From an uncultured Planctomycetota bacterium (GTDB lineage Bacteria > Planctomycetota > Planctomycetia > Gemmatales > Gemmataceae): a DNA stretch of 64,000 nt. Where the stretch lies: assembly GCA_963849325.1 (NCBI GenBank), contig CAWKHF010000004.1, forward strand, positions 288,001 through 352,000, read 5' to 3'. Made by a program: the position numbers and the translations under genes. The notes under the pieces were generated by a model, which made no database searches, was not told the DNA's origin, and worked only from the letters and a program-made list of their open reading frames with translations. Each line of letters starts with the position of its first letter. Position 1 is the stretch's first letter. Shown here in pieces: positions 1-11,300 of the stretch.

Positions 1-684
1 CAGCCGACGTAGGCGATCATCAACCAGAACGAGGTACGCCGGCGCCCGAGATCGCCGGCGTCGATCAGCGCTTGCCCCAGCCCGAACAAGCGGCAGCGCT
101 GCCAGCGAGAAATAGACTACCCAGACGCCGAGCGTCCGTTTCTTGTTTCGTTCCTCTCGGTAGCGCCGCCAGCGCTGCCACCAGCCCTCGGCCGGGGGTG
201 TCGTCTCCTCCTCGGCGTCCTTCGCGTCGCGCGCTTCGTTTTCCAGACCTGCCGCTTGCAGCAGACCTTCGGCGTTGACGTCGGTTTCCTCATCGATGTT
301 GGTGCAGTCCCACGTCAGGCGATGAGCGCACCACCACACCAGCCCGATCAAACCCGCGTTGATGATCCCGCTCAGCGCCTTGATTCCGCCCTCGGAAGGA
401 TATTCGACGAACGATTGCATACCGATCCAGGTGAGAATTCCCAGCGGCGCGCCGTACAGGACGGCCCGGCTGGAAGTATCATCCCTCATGGTCATGCGGG
501 CGAGGAGGACGGCGCCGAAGACGAAGAAAAACAAGATCCACTGCAAGCGCTCCACATAGTCGCCGACGTAGAGCACGTTGAGGAGAAAAAAGACGAGGCT
601 GGCGACCAGGCCCATGATGAGGGCGGGGCTGATAGCCAGGGCGACATAGTCGGCGAGCGTCTGGTTGGGGCGGTCCGAGGACAT
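1..684 (-). CDS. Membrane protein of the MoxR/DUF58 operon (possibly DUF4129-type), runs off the left edge
   Basis: Manual translation from ATG at 684 gives MSSDRPNQTLADYVALAISPALIMGLVASLVFFLL..., with several hydrophobic helices. There is an apparent 1-nt frameshift near position 90. Lies directly downstream of DUF58. Confidence 0.6.
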   Translation of the reverse strand, partial: MSSDRPNQTLADYVALAISPALIMGLVASLVFFLLNVLYVGDYVERLQWILFFFVFGAVLLARMTMRDDTSSRAVLYGAPLGILTWIGMQSFVEYPSEGGIKALSGIINAGLIGLVWWCAHRLTWDCTNIDEETDVNAEGLLQAAGLENEARDAKDAEEETTPPAEGWWQRWRRYREERNKKRTLGVWVVYFSLAALPLVRAGASADRRRRSRAPAYLVLVDDRLRRL

Positions 685-738
685 GGCAACTCCATCCACC
701 ACTTGCGGCTTCGCGCGAAAACGCGAAGCCGCAAGCGG

Positions 739-2076
739 CTAGGAAACGATGAACGTATACGGCGACGAGCGGTCCACCTGACGCCGGCACAACTCGGGCA
801 ATTCCGCCTCCTCCTTGAGATGGCGAATATCGCGTATCCCCTCGGCGATGAGCCGGCCATAACCGCGTTCCAACGGCTCGTCATCGAGCAGAATCAAGAC
901 CACGGTGATCGCCAAGCCGCTGCGCCGCAGGTTGCCCAGCGCGATGGCCGTCTCCGCCGGCACGTCCGGTAGCACGGCGAGGAGGGTCGCATCTCGCGGC
1001 AGCCGGCCGATCATCTCGGTGAGCAACTCCGCGAAGGTCAGGCCGTCGGTCAGCTCGACGCGGGCCAGCGTTTCGCGGATGTGTTGCAATTGTTCGACGC
1101 CGCGCCGCGTTGGGACGAACAGCGGCTGCAAGCGTTCGCTCTCCTCGTTCATGGCGGCCGTGCCGCGGGCGGCCTGGCGCGTGCGCGGGTCTTGCTCCCA
1201 CCCTTCCATCTTGATGCGGTCGGCGGCATCGCGGCCGTTGGTCGCCAGGCCGATCTGCTGGCCCATGACGTACACGGCGTTGGCCAGCGACACGGCGGTG
1301 GTGACGGCCAATTCGGAGCGGAACGGCTCGCCGCGCTGGGGATAGCCCGCCTGGTGGAAGTCGAGCAGGACCGTGGCGCCGGACAGCGTCGAGGGTTCAT
1401 GGATCTTGCTGTGCAGTGCTCCCGTGCGTGCGGTGGCGCGCCAGTGGACGCGGTTGAGTGGATCGCCGGCCTCGTAGGGACGAACGCCGGCGATGCGCGT
1501 CGGGTCTTCGTAGAGGCGATGCGTCAGCCGCACGTCGCCGATTGGCCGGCGCGAGGCCACGTCGTAGCCCAACAGCGGCACGATGCGCGGATAGACGAGC
1601 AGGAACGACGGCTCGGTCAGCACGCGGAAGCGCCGATGCAGGCCGAACAGGTCGCCGCTCTCCAGCGTCAGCGGGCCGATCTGGAAATACCCGCGCATGA
1701 GGCACTCGACCTGATAGTTCATCTCCATGTGGGCGCCGCCGCGGAGCATGGCGATTTGCAGGCGTTTGCCCTTGATCTTCAGCCGGGGGAAACGCTTGTC
1801 GAGCGAGTGGCGCGGCAGCAGGTCCTCGGCGAGCAGCCACGGCACCGGCAGTCCGCCCGTGTTGGTGATGGTCAATTGCACCGGCACGCGCTCGCCGATG
1901 TCGGCGGTTCGTTGCTGGCAGGTGCGCGTCGCCGAGAGATGGCCAATCCACGAACGAGCCAGCCAGCGGCTCAAGAGCAGGAGGCCGAGCAGGACGTACA
2001 TGGCATAGGCCAGCAAGCTCGACTCCAGAAGCAGGGCCGCCAACAGCAACAGGAGTGCGCCGAGAAACCACTTCAT
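739..2076 (-). CDS. DUF58 domain protein (MoxR-associated)
   Basis: Motifs GVRPYEAGDPLNRVHWRATARTG and LLVYPRI, N-terminal TM segments, adjacent to moxR. Confidence 0.9.
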   Translation of the reverse strand: MKWFLGALLLLLAALLLESSLLAYAMYVLLGLLLLSRWLARSWIGHLSATRTCQQRTADIGERVPVQLTITNTGGLPVPWLLAEDLLPRHSLDKRFPRLKIKGKRLQIAMLRGGAHMEMNYQVECLMRGYFQIGPLTLESGDLFGLHRRFRVLTEPSFLLVYPRIVPLLGYDVASRRPIGDVRLTHRLYEDPTRIAGVRPYEAGDPLNRVHWRATARTGALHSKIHEPSTLSGATVLLDFHQAGYPQRGEPFRSELAVTTAVSLANAVYVMGQQIGLATNGRDAADRIKMEGWEQDPRTRQAARGTAAMNEESERLQPLFVPTRRGVEQLQHIRETLARVELTDGLTFAELLTEMIGRLPRDATLLAVLPDVPAETAIALGNLRRSGLAITVVLILLDDEPLERGYGRLIAEGIRDIRHLKEEAELPELCRRQVDRSSPYTFIVS

Positions 2077-2091
2077 ACAAACACCCAATCA

Positions 2092-2242
2092 TTCACCACG
2101 GAAAACACGGAAAACACGGAAAAAGACAAAAACAAAAGAATCAGAGGAAAGTGAATCGATTGTGTCTCTGGCCTTATCGAGTAATCTTTGCATTATTGTC
2201 TTTTTGTCTTTTTTCCGTGTTTTCCGTGTTTTCCGTGGTGAA
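2092..2242. repeat. Intergenic inverted repeat built from tandem 9-mers (CACGGAAAA)
   Basis: TTCACCACGGAAAACACGGAAAACACGGAAAAAGACAAAAA near 2092, with its reverse complement ending near 2242. Confidence 0.85.
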
Positions 2243-2248
2243 ATGTCT

Positions 2249-3256
2249 TCAGCGGTCGAAGACGTCTTTGCGGTCGTCGTCGCGGCGCGCCGGGACCGGC
2301 ACGCGAACATCGCTGACGATCTCGTGCAACAGCGCGGCCGGCGTCACTTTGCGCAGCCGGCTCTCCGGCCGCAAGATGAGGCGATGCGCCATCACCGGCT
2401 GCACCATGCGTTTGACATCATCGGGCAGGACGAAATCGCGTCCCTGGATCGCGGCCAACGCCTGCGCCGTGCGGAAGAGGGCGATCGACGCTCGCGGACT
2501 GCCGCCGAGCTGGATGTCGTCGTGCGTCCGCGTGCCCTGCACGATTTCCAGCAGATAGCGGCGCAGCTTGTCCTCGACGTGGACCTCGCGCACCGCCTCC
2601 TGACAGGCCAGCACCTCCGCCGCCGTCGCTACCGTGCCCAGTTCGTCGATGGGATGACCGTGCTGCAAGCGCGTCAGCATCTTGGCCTCTTCCTCCAGTG
2701 CGGGGTAGCCGAGGCTGAGACGCACCAGGAAGCGGTCGAGCTGCGCTTCGGGCAGCGGAAAAGTGCCTTCGTGATCGACGGGGTTCTGCGTGGCGATGAC
2801 CAGGAACGGCGGCTTGAGCGTGTAGGTCTGCCCGTCCGCCGTGACGCGGCGCTCGGCCATCGCTTCCAGCAGGGCCGACTGCGTGCGCGGCGTCGTGCGG
2901 TTGATTTCGTCCGTCAGCAGCGTCTGCGCGAAAATGGGTCCGGGACGGAACTCGAACTCGGCCGTCTTCTGATTGAAGATGGAAACGCCGGTCACGTCGG
3001 TCGGCAACAGGTCCGGTGTACATTGCAGGCGCTTGAAAGTGCAGCCGACGCTTTTGGCCAGGGCGCGGGCGAGCATGGTCTTGGCCACGCCGGGCACGTC
3101 TTCGAGGAGGATGTGGCCCTCGCAGAAGTAAGCCACCAGCGCCAGCGTGATCTGCTGGCGTTTACCGATGATGACCTTCTCGACGTTGGCGAGGATTTTC
3201 TGAGCGGTGGCGGCCACGTCCACCGAAGGGCGGCGCGCTTCGTCGGGCCGGGACAT
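2249..3256 (-). CDS. moxR: MoxR family AAA+ ATPase
   Basis: HILLEDVPGVAKT (Walker A-like), RLQCTPDLLPTDVTG, DEINR, ATQNP, FPLPEAQLDRF. Confidence 0.95.
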   Translation of the reverse strand: MSRPDEARRPSVDVAATAQKILANVEKVIIGKRQQITLALVAYFCEGHILLEDVPGVAKTMLARALAKSVGCTFKRLQCTPDLLPTDVTGVSIFNQKTAEFEFRPGPIFAQTLLTDEINRTTPRTQSALLEAMAERRVTADGQTYTLKPPFLVIATQNPVDHEGTFPLPEAQLDRFLVRLSLGYPALEEEAKMLTRLQHGHPIDELGTVATAAEVLACQEAVREVHVEDKLRRYLLEIVQGTRTHDDIQLGGSPRASIALFRTAQALAAIQGRDFVLPDDVKRMVQPVMAHRLILRPESRLRKVTPAALLHEIVSDVRVPVPARRDDDRKDVFDR

Positions 3257-3374
3257 GGAAGGGCCTCGATGCGGGACCAGATGCGGAAGATCGTGTACGC
3301 TCCGTCCCCAGCATAGCGGCGCCGCTGGCCGCCAGCAACCTCCTGTCGCAACGACGGCTCAGAGTCTGTCTGGT

Positions 3375-3491
3375 AAGCCCTCTCCCCCGCTTCGGGGGAG
3401 AGGGGTTGGGGTGAGGGGGCGCGCCTTCTGCGGATTTCTCGCCCCCTCACCCCCAACCCCTCTCCCCCTGTGTACAGGGGGAGAGGGGCTT
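3375..3491. repeat. REP-like palindromic element (CCCTCACCCCCAACCCCTCTCCCC type)
   Basis: Two inverted units, each with an internal CCCTCTCCCCC...GGGGGAGAGGG hairpin. Confidence 0.85.
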
Positions 3492-3504
3492 GAGGTATAG
3501 CCCC

Positions 3505-3900
3505 TCAGGCGCTCGCCGTGCCGCGGACAGCGATGGCGTGGGCCGTGGCATACGCCCGGCACTGAGACAGCGACAGGAGGATGTCGCTGATGCGCTGATC
3601 GCGGGCGATGTCCTTGGCAGCGCCGCACAGCATCACCTGCGGTTTGCCGCCCGACTCGCTGCGCACCTCGATGTCGGTCCACGACAGGCCGCGCCGCCAC
3701 GGCAGTCCCAGACATTTCAGGATCGCTTCCTTGGCCGCCCAGTGCGCCGCGAAATGCTCCGTGGCCCGCTGCCGCGATTGACAGTAACGGACCTCCCGTT
3801 CCGTGTACACGCGCAACAGGAACAGTTCGCCGTGCTGCTCGATCATACGGCCCACACGCAGGCATTCCACGATGTCTGTGCCGATTCCGACGATTTCCAT
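3505..3900 (-). CDS. acpS: Holo-[acyl-carrier-protein] synthase
   Basis: GIGTDIVE, WAAKEAILK, GKPQV, LSLSQ...ATA motifs. Confidence 0.93.
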   Translation of the reverse strand: MEIVGIGTDIVECLRVGRMIEQHGELFLLRVYTEREVRYCQSRQRATEHFAAHWAAKEAILKCLGLPWRRGLSWTDIEVRSESGGKPQVMLCGAAKDIARDQRISDILLSLSQCRAYATAHAIAVRGTASA

Positions 3901-4028
3901 GAAGGACGCGCCTTTGCTCAAACGGAGGTTTCTGCTGCTGATCTTAGCAAAGGCGGAGCGGCAATGTAAAATCCGGGTCGTTGGACCGGCCAGCTCGTGT
4001 CGTTTCAGAGTGGGGGAGGATGTCGGCG

Positions 4029-6265
4029 ATGGCGCACGAAGCGGAGCAAGACCTGCTTGACGATCTGACGCCGGCGCAGCGCGAGGCGGTGACGCACTTC
4101 GAGGGACCGCTGCTGATCCTCGCCGGCGCCGGCAGCGGTAAGACGCGCGTCATCACGCGCCGCGTCGCCTGGCTGCTGCGGCAGGGCGTTCGGCCCGGCA
4201 ACATCCTGGCCATCACCTTCACCAACAAGGCCGCCGGCGAGATGCGCCAGCGCGTCGAGGCGTTGGTGCCCGGCAGCCGGCTGTGGATCAGCACCTTCCA
4301 CAGCTTCGGCGCTCGCCTGCTCCGCCAGTACGCCGACCGCCTCGGACTCGATCGCAACTTCACCATCTACGATCAGAGCGACCGCGCCCGCATCGTCAAG
4401 ATGGCCCTGGAAGACGCCGGCATCGATAACTACCGCTTCACTCCCGAGACGATCTCCGGGGCCATCAGCAAGGCGAAGAATCAACTCCTCAGCCCCGAGC
4501 GCTACGCCGAGCGCGCCCGCGACTTCTACGAGAAGAACGTCGCCGGCATCTATCCCCTTTACGAAAAGCGCCTGCGCGACGCCAACGCCCTGGATTTCGA
4601 CGATCTGCTGTACTGGCCGGCCCTGGCCCTCAAGCACGATAGCGAGCTGCGCGGCGAACTCGATGCGCGTTTTCGTTTCGTGCTGATCGACGAATACCAG
4701 GACACCAACCAGGCGCAATACGCCATCGCGCGCGGGCTGTCCATCGATAACCCCAACCTGTGCGTGGTGGGCGACCCTGATCAATCGATTTACCGCTTCC
4801 GCGGCTCTGACATCCGTAATATCCTCGATTTTGAACGAGATTTCCCGAATGCCCGCGTGTTGACACTCCGCACCAACTATCGCAGCACGAAATCGATCCT
4901 GTACGCCGCCAGCCACCTGATCGCCCACAACCGGCAGCGCAAGCCGAAGGACCTAATCACCGACAACCCGCAGGGACAGCCGGTGACGGTGCTGACGTTC
5001 GACACCGGCTTGGACGAAGCGGACGGCATCGCGCGCCGCATCCGCGCCGCCGTCGAGTCGGGCAAGCGCGCTACCGCGATTTCGCCATCTTCCTTCGCAT
5101 CAACGCCCTGTCGCGCGGACTGGAGACGGCGTTTGTGCAGCAGCGCGTGCCGCATCAGATCGTGCGCGGCCTGGCGTTCTTCGAGCGAAAAGAGAACCGC
5201 GACATCCTTGCTTATCTGCGGCTGATGGTCAATCCGCGCGACAACCTGTCCTTTTTGCGCATCGTCAACGAGCCGGCACGCGGCATCGGCAAGGTGTCGC
5301 TGGATCATCTGCGGACCTATGCCGAGCCGCGCGAGATGAATCTTCTGGAAGCGGCCGGCGAGGTCGGCAAAATCCCGGCCATCAAGGGCAAGGCCGCCGC
5401 CGGACTGCGCGACTTCCATCAACTCCTCCGCGACCTGTCCGGGTTACTGGAGGCGCCGCCTGACGAGGTCATCCGTCAGGTACTCGACCAGAGCGGCTAT
5501 CGACGCATGCTCATGGACAGTACCGACAGCGAGGACCAGGAACGGTTGGCCAACATCGAGGAGCTTATCACGGCGGCGAAGCAATTCGCGGCCGAAGACG
5601 GCAGCCGGACCATCGGCGATTTCCTGGAGAACATCACGCTGGCCAGCGATCTCGACAGCTGGGACGAGCGGCAGGATTGCGTCTCGATCATGACCATGCA
5701 CGCGGCCAAGGGACTGGAATTTCCCGTCGTGTACATGGCGGCGGTGGAGCAAGGCTTGCTGCCGCACGAACGCAGCATTGGCAAGAGCGAGGAACTGGAG
5801 GAAGAACGGCGGCTCGCCTTCGTCGGCATGACGCGGGCCAAGGAAGAGCTGTACCTCTGCCTGGCTCGCATGCGCGATTTTCGCGGCAACACGTTCTCCA
5901 CCATCCCGAGCATGTTCCTCGATGAACTGCCCGTCGGGGCGATCCAGACGCTGGAGCTATCCGGTGGCGGACAGGAGGCGATGGAGCAGTGGCGCGGCGG
6001 CGGCCCAGCGGCACAGCAGGGATGGACCGACGCCGGTGTAAGGCCGAAGCCGGCCCCAATCCCGCCCCGCATCCCCGAGGGGGAGAACGGCACTCGCACC
6101 TTCGTCGTCGGCATGCTCGTTCGGCACGCCAACTATGGCAACGGCCGGATTGTCGAGGTGAGCGGACAGGGGGCGCTGCGGCGCGTCAAGATCCGCTTCG
6201 CCACCGCCGGCGAACGGACGTTCATCGCCGACAAGGTAACGCTGGAAATCGTGCGAAAGCCGTAG
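4029..6265 (+). CDS. pcrA: UvrD/PcrA family ATP-dependent DNA helicase (frameshift near 5070)
   Basis: AGAGSGKT, TFTNKAA, DEYQDTN, VVGDPDQSIY and NYRS in ORF 3981-5225. MHAAKGLEFP, EEERRLAFVGMTRA and a C-terminal Tudor-like domain in ORF 5135-6265. Confidence 0.93.
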
Positions 6266-6358
6266 GTTTTCGCCGTTCGCATCTCCGACTTGACTTCTCA
6301 GTCCAAGCCGCTATTCTGCCGTCCTTACTTTCAACCCATCTCAAGCAGGGGATCGCCT

Positions 6359-6601
6359 ATGCCCAGAACCTTGCTCGCCGGTGTCCTCGTCCTCAGTCTC
6401 CTCTCGAACGGTTGCGCCGCTTCCGGGGGCGCCCGGACGGCCGACTGGAATCCGTCCTCTCAAGAACCCTCCCACTCCAATTGGTGCAGGGAACACCCGG
6501 TGCTGGTCGGGGCCGCGGCCGGACTGCTGGTGGTGGGCGGCATTCTGACGGCAGGGTATTTCGCCTTGAAAGCAGCGGGGCCTGGCCTCCAAGGAGGTTA
6601 G
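6359..6601 (+). CDS. Small putative lipoprotein with C-terminal TM helix (copy 1)
   Basis: MPRTLLAGVLVLSLLSNGC signal with lipobox-like end; WCREHPVLVG followed by a hydrophobic helix; paralogous to the next ORF. Confidence 0.7.
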   Translation: MPRTLLAGVLVLSLLSNGCAASGGARTADWNPSSQEPSHSNWCREHPVLVGAAAGLLVVGGILTAGYFALKAAGPGLQGG

Positions 6602-6733
6602 GGTGTTCGAGGGGACGCGCCGGGAGACGGCCCGAAGACCATGCGGGCCGACGGTTCGGCTCGACTGTCCCGCTACAACCACTACCGGGCCATCCGTATT
6701 TCCCAACCGACTCCCGCAGGAGTGATCGCGCCT

Positions 6734-7000
6734 ATGCCCAGGTCATTGCTCGTCGGTATTCTCGTGTTCGGTCTCTTTCTGAACGGCTGCGCCGCCCCCT
6801 CGCACGTCGCCCAGACGGCCGACACGCCGGGCGAGGCGGCCGTCCGGAATCCGTTTCCCCCCGAATCCACCCATCCCGTCCGCGACTGGTGCAAGGCCCA
6901 TCCCGTGATCGTTGGAATGGCGACGGGCTTGCTCGTGGTGGGCGGCGCCCTTCTAGTCAAAGGCGCCCTCTTCGCGGTGGCGGTTGGTTCGTCGCACTAA
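6734..7000 (+). CDS. Small putative lipoprotein with C-terminal TM helix (copy 2)
   Basis: MPRSLLVGILVFGLFLNGC; WCKAHPVIVG followed by a hydrophobic helix; GCAGGAG RBS upstream. Confidence 0.7.
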   Translation: MPRSLLVGILVFGLFLNGCAAPSHVAQTADTPGEAAVRNPFPPESTHPVRDWCKAHPVIVGMATGLLVVGGALLVKGALFAVAVGSSH

Positions 7001-7023
7001 CGGAAGGAGATTGGCGGAAGGAC

Positions 7024-7058
7024 GAGGGGCGGCCCGGATTGCTTCCGGGCCGCCCCTC
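7024..7058. terminator. GC-rich hairpin between convergent genes
   Basis: GAGGGGCGGCCCGGA-TTGCT-TCCGGGCCGCCCCTC perfect stem. Confidence 0.6.
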
Positions 7059-7083
7059 TCCCTCTTGGCTGAAAGCGAAATGC

Positions 7084-8085
7084 CTACGCCGCGATCCGCC
7101 TCCGCCGCCACGCCCGGCCGGCCAGACCAGCAAGGCCGAGACCCAGCAGCGTTAGGCTGGACGGCTCCGGGGCGCCGATGGCGTCATACGCCTGGTTGGC
7201 GATCAGCTCGTGGCCGGCCGTCGTCGGATGGACATCGTCCCAGAAGAGGTAGCCGGGCGCCGCCGGGTTGCCGCTCAGGATGCCCTCATCCGTTACGTTG
7301 CTGAAGCCGTACGCCGCGGGGTTCGCCTGGATCTGTTGGAACAAGGTGGCCGTATCGAGGGTGTGGATAGTGGTTCCGTTCGCACTGCCCAGCAGACTCA
7401 GATCGGCGGCCAGCGCCTGGTTGAAGCCGGCCGACAGGGCGCTCAACCCTTGCTGCGTGGCCGTCGAACTGCTCAATCCGAACGGCGTCTTGCTCAGGTC
7501 CGGCAGGAAGGCGACGAGGACGTTATGGGCGCCGGCGCTGATCAGGGCGGCGACGGCATTGGCGACGTTCTTGGCCGGCACGGTCGGATCGGTCTGTTTG
7601 TCGAAGAAATCATTGGCTCCCGCCCAGACCGTGACAAGGGTGTTGGGACTAATGGTCCCACCGCCGAGACTCGAGATGTAATTGGCGACCTGCGTCTGGA
7701 GCGTAGGCACGTTGGCGATGAACTGACCGGATGGCGTCGTCAGGGGAGAGTAGCCGGCCGGCGTGCCGAGTTGAGTGCCCAGCGGCGTCGCGCCCGTGGC
7801 GGCGCCGGCGAATGCGTAGTCCGTTCCGCCTTGCATCGAAGGCGTCGGCGTCGGCGCCCCCAGCTGGCCGGCGAGCTGCTGAACCCAGATCGAGCCGTTG
7901 GAGAAGCGGCCGGCGCTGTAAGGCGACGGCGGAAACGCCCCGCCCGTAGCGGCGTAAGCGTTGCCTGTATCCGACAGGCTGTCGCCGAAGACAACCATCC
8001 CCGTGATTGGTCCCGCAGCCGCTGGGCCGGCGGTCCCGAAAGCGAGAGCGAGGGCGAGTACGCACCCCGGGCGAGGCAACTTCAT
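7084..8085 (-). CDS. SGNH/GDSL hydrolase with PEP-CTERM sorting domain
   Basis: Signal peptide, VFGDSLSDTGN, GRFSNG, GANDF, WDDVHPT, C-terminal APEPSSLTLLGLGLAGLAGRAWRRRR. Confidence 0.93.
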   Translation of the reverse strand: MKLPRPGCVLALALAFGTAGPAAAGPITGMVVFGDSLSDTGNAYAATGGAFPPSPYSAGRFSNGSIWVQQLAGQLGAPTPTPSMQGGTDYAFAGAATGATPLGTQLGTPAGYSPLTTPSGQFIANVPTLQTQVANYISSLGGGTISPNTLVTVWAGANDFFDKQTDPTVPAKNVANAVAALISAGAHNVLVAFLPDLSKTPFGLSSSTATQQGLSALSAGFNQALAADLSLLGSANGTTIHTLDTATLFQQIQANPAAYGFSNVTDEGILSGNPAAPGYLFWDDVHPTTAGHELIANQAYDAIGAPEPSSLTLLGLGLAGLAGRAWRRRRIAA

Positions 8086-8364
8086 CAATACGTCTCCTTG
8101 GCATGGGAGGCAGGATTTTCACCCTACCCAGAACCTTCTCCGAATGGCCGCCGTTGGCCGAAACGGGCCGGACATCCTACCTCTGGTCCAAAAATCACAC
8201 AAGAGGGTTCTGCTTGATCCGAAATACTTCCGTGGTCTCCCCTTTCGCCGGCAAGGAAGCCAATTGACCTCGACAGCCGCTCCTCTGGGGTGGTATGAGG
8301 CCGCCAAGCCGTGTCCTTTCGATCGCCGGACCCCCTTTCGACCTGGAGTTGTGTCAGGACGGCA

Positions 8365-11300
8365 ATGCACCGACCCGCGTCCTACCTGCGAACCAGCAGC
8401 CGCCTCGTTCTGGGACTGCTGGCCGTCGCCCAGGTAGCCGGGGCCGCGCGCCGCCCCGCCCCCCTGGCTTCCGCGCTATTACCTCGACATCCAGCTCGAC
8501 ACCGCCGAGCATATCGCGCGGGTCCGCCAGCGCGTCGTCTGGACCAATCGTCAGATGCGACCGGCGGAGGAATTGGTTTTCAACGCCCACAGCCATTACC
8601 AGCTGCCCGACAAGGACGTCGGCATGACGGCCAAGATCTTCGAGATCTTGCGCATGATGCCGAGCGAATCGCTCGATTTCGAGGGGCACGCCCTGGACGT
8701 GCGCCAGGCGCGCCTGGTGAGTTTGGCGTGGGCCGAGGACGCGGGAGAGCTAGGTCAGCCGCGCAAGGTCGCGTTTCAGCCGAGCGAAACGGTACTGCCA
8801 CCGCCGCGACCGCTGGCGGCGGACAAGGACGGGCTGCCTTTTCACTACCAGGACAAGAACGATTCGGCCCTGGTCGTGCCGCTGCCTCGGCCGGTGCGGC
8901 AGGGCGAGACCGTCACGCTCGACCTGGAATTTGTGCTGAAACTGCCGAACGTCCAGGGCCGATGGGGCTACTGGCGCGGCATCACCTACCTGACCAACTG
9001 GCTGCCGGTCCTGGCCTGTTACGACAACACGGGCTGGCAGCCGACGCCCTACGTCTGCTGGCATCAACCGTTCTTCAACGAGGCCGCGCTGTTCACGGTG
9101 CGCCTGACGGTGCCGGCGGACCAGCACATCGCTTGCACGGCCCCGGTCCTGGCGGAGTTGGACCTCGGCAATGGCCGCCGACAGCTCGACTTCGCGCCGT
9201 GCTGCGCCCGCGACTTCGCGCTCGTTTGCAGCGCGCATTTCCGCGAAATTGTCGGCGAATGCGGCTCGATCAAGGTCCGCTGTCTCGCCGCTCCCAACCA
9301 CGAGCGCTACGCCCGCCTCATGGTCGAGAGCGCCCGCGTCGCCCTGGAGACCTACACGCGCTGGTTCGGTCCCTATCCCTACCCGCAATTCACCATCGTG
9401 GAATCGTATTTCGGCTGGAACAGCAACGAGTGCGCCGGCCTCATCATGATCGATTCGCGCATCTTCGACATGCCGCACTTGGCCGCGGCGTTCGTCGATT
9501 ACCTCGTCGCCCAGGCCACCTGTCATCAGTGGTGGTACAACGTCGTCGGCACGCACGGCTACAGCGAGACGTGGATGGACGAGGGGCTGGCCACTTACTT
9601 CGCCTATCGCCTCATGAAGACCAAGTACGGGGCCAACGATCCGCTTGTCAACTACCCCAAAGGTCTCAAATGGCTGCCGAACGTCCGTCGCAGCGATTAC
9701 CGCTACTTCAACCTGTACGGCACGCTGGCGCACGGCGAGGCCCAGCCGACCGTGCAGGACATCCCCAAGTACGGCCACATCGTCGATCTGTACAGCATGT
9801 GCTACGAACGCGGCAGCAAGATCGTCGGCATGATCGAGCACGAGCTGGGCGAGCAGGCGTTTTTCGATTTTCTGCACGGAGTCTATCGCCGTCACGAATT
9901 CGGCATCCTGCGCGTGGCCGACTTTCGGCGCGACCTCGAAGAGTACACGCATAAATCGTGGGAAGCCTTTTTTCAGAACTGGGTCTATGGCGCCGGCGTG
10001 ACGGACTGGTGCGTCGAGGACGTCACCGTGCAACCGCTTCAGGGCTGGCGGCCGCACCGATCGCCGCCCGTCTACCGGAGCAAGAGCGCCGCCGTGTGCA
10101 GCTGGTTCCGCCCCAAAACGCCGTGCAAGGTGACGGTGATCGTGCGGCAAAAGGCGGAGTACAACGACCCCACCGTCGTCGGTTTCTGCTTCGACGGCGG
10201 CGACAGTTTCCGGGTGCGCGTGCCCGTCATTCCCGAGGCCGGTTTGATCGAAACCAGCGACCCGCCGGGCCGCATGGAAACGCTGGACAAGAATCGCGTC
10301 AAGGTCGAGGTGGAGCTGCCGGCGTGGCCGACGCAGATCGCCGTCGATCCCGACGAGGTGCTGGTCGATCGCAATCCAACCAACAACTACTGGAAGCCGC
10401 GCTTCCGCTTCCGGACCACGCCGGTGTATACCTTCCTCGACGAGACCGACCTGACCAACGCCTACGATCGCTGGAACCTCATCCTCGGCCCGTGGATCTT
10501 CGCGCCAACCTACGATAATCCGTGGTTCACGCGCTCGACGCGCTTCGGGGCGCGGGCCGGCGCCTACCGCACAGCCGCCTTCGAGGGCGGCGTTTATACC
10601 GCCTACCGCACGGATTACCGCGATTTCGTCGAGGGCGTCGATGCGGTCTTCGACCATTGGCCGTGGCCGCACACCGAGGCCGGCTTCGTGTTCGAGCACC
10701 GCATCGCCGGGACGTATGCCGGCGAGTACCCGGCCAACCGCGGCGTCGTGTACGGACGCTACGTCATCGATTACGGCGACAGCCTGTATCTGCCGCCGTT
10801 TCAATACGTCGAGTCCTTTGTCACCATCCAGGACGACCTGCTGCCGTTCGCCATCGAGACCGTGCCGGGGGCAACGCGCTTCCAGCACCAGGGCATCGGC
10901 GGCGCGCACTACCACATCAATTACCTGACGCCGTACTGGAACCCGGAAGGCGGTTTTTCGGCCGATGTGAGTTACGCCGCCGGACTGGTGCTGCCGGGCG
11001 AACACGGCAACATCAACAACAACAACGACCCGACTCGGCTGTTCGGCATCGATGGCTCGCATCAGCTTCTGGGACAGGCGACTTACGTGCAAGCGGTGCC
11101 GGACGGTCTGGGATGGCTGTCCAATACGGTGCTGGCGTTCCGCGCCTATGGGGCGTATGGACTGCCGAACTACGTCCAGTATTTCGCCCTGGGAGGTAGC
11201 GAATTGTTCCGCGGCTTCAGCCTGGCGCAGCGCCAGGGCAGTGCCCTGTGGGTTGGCAGCCTGGAGTGGCGCTTCCCGGTGGCGCGCGACATCAACTGGG

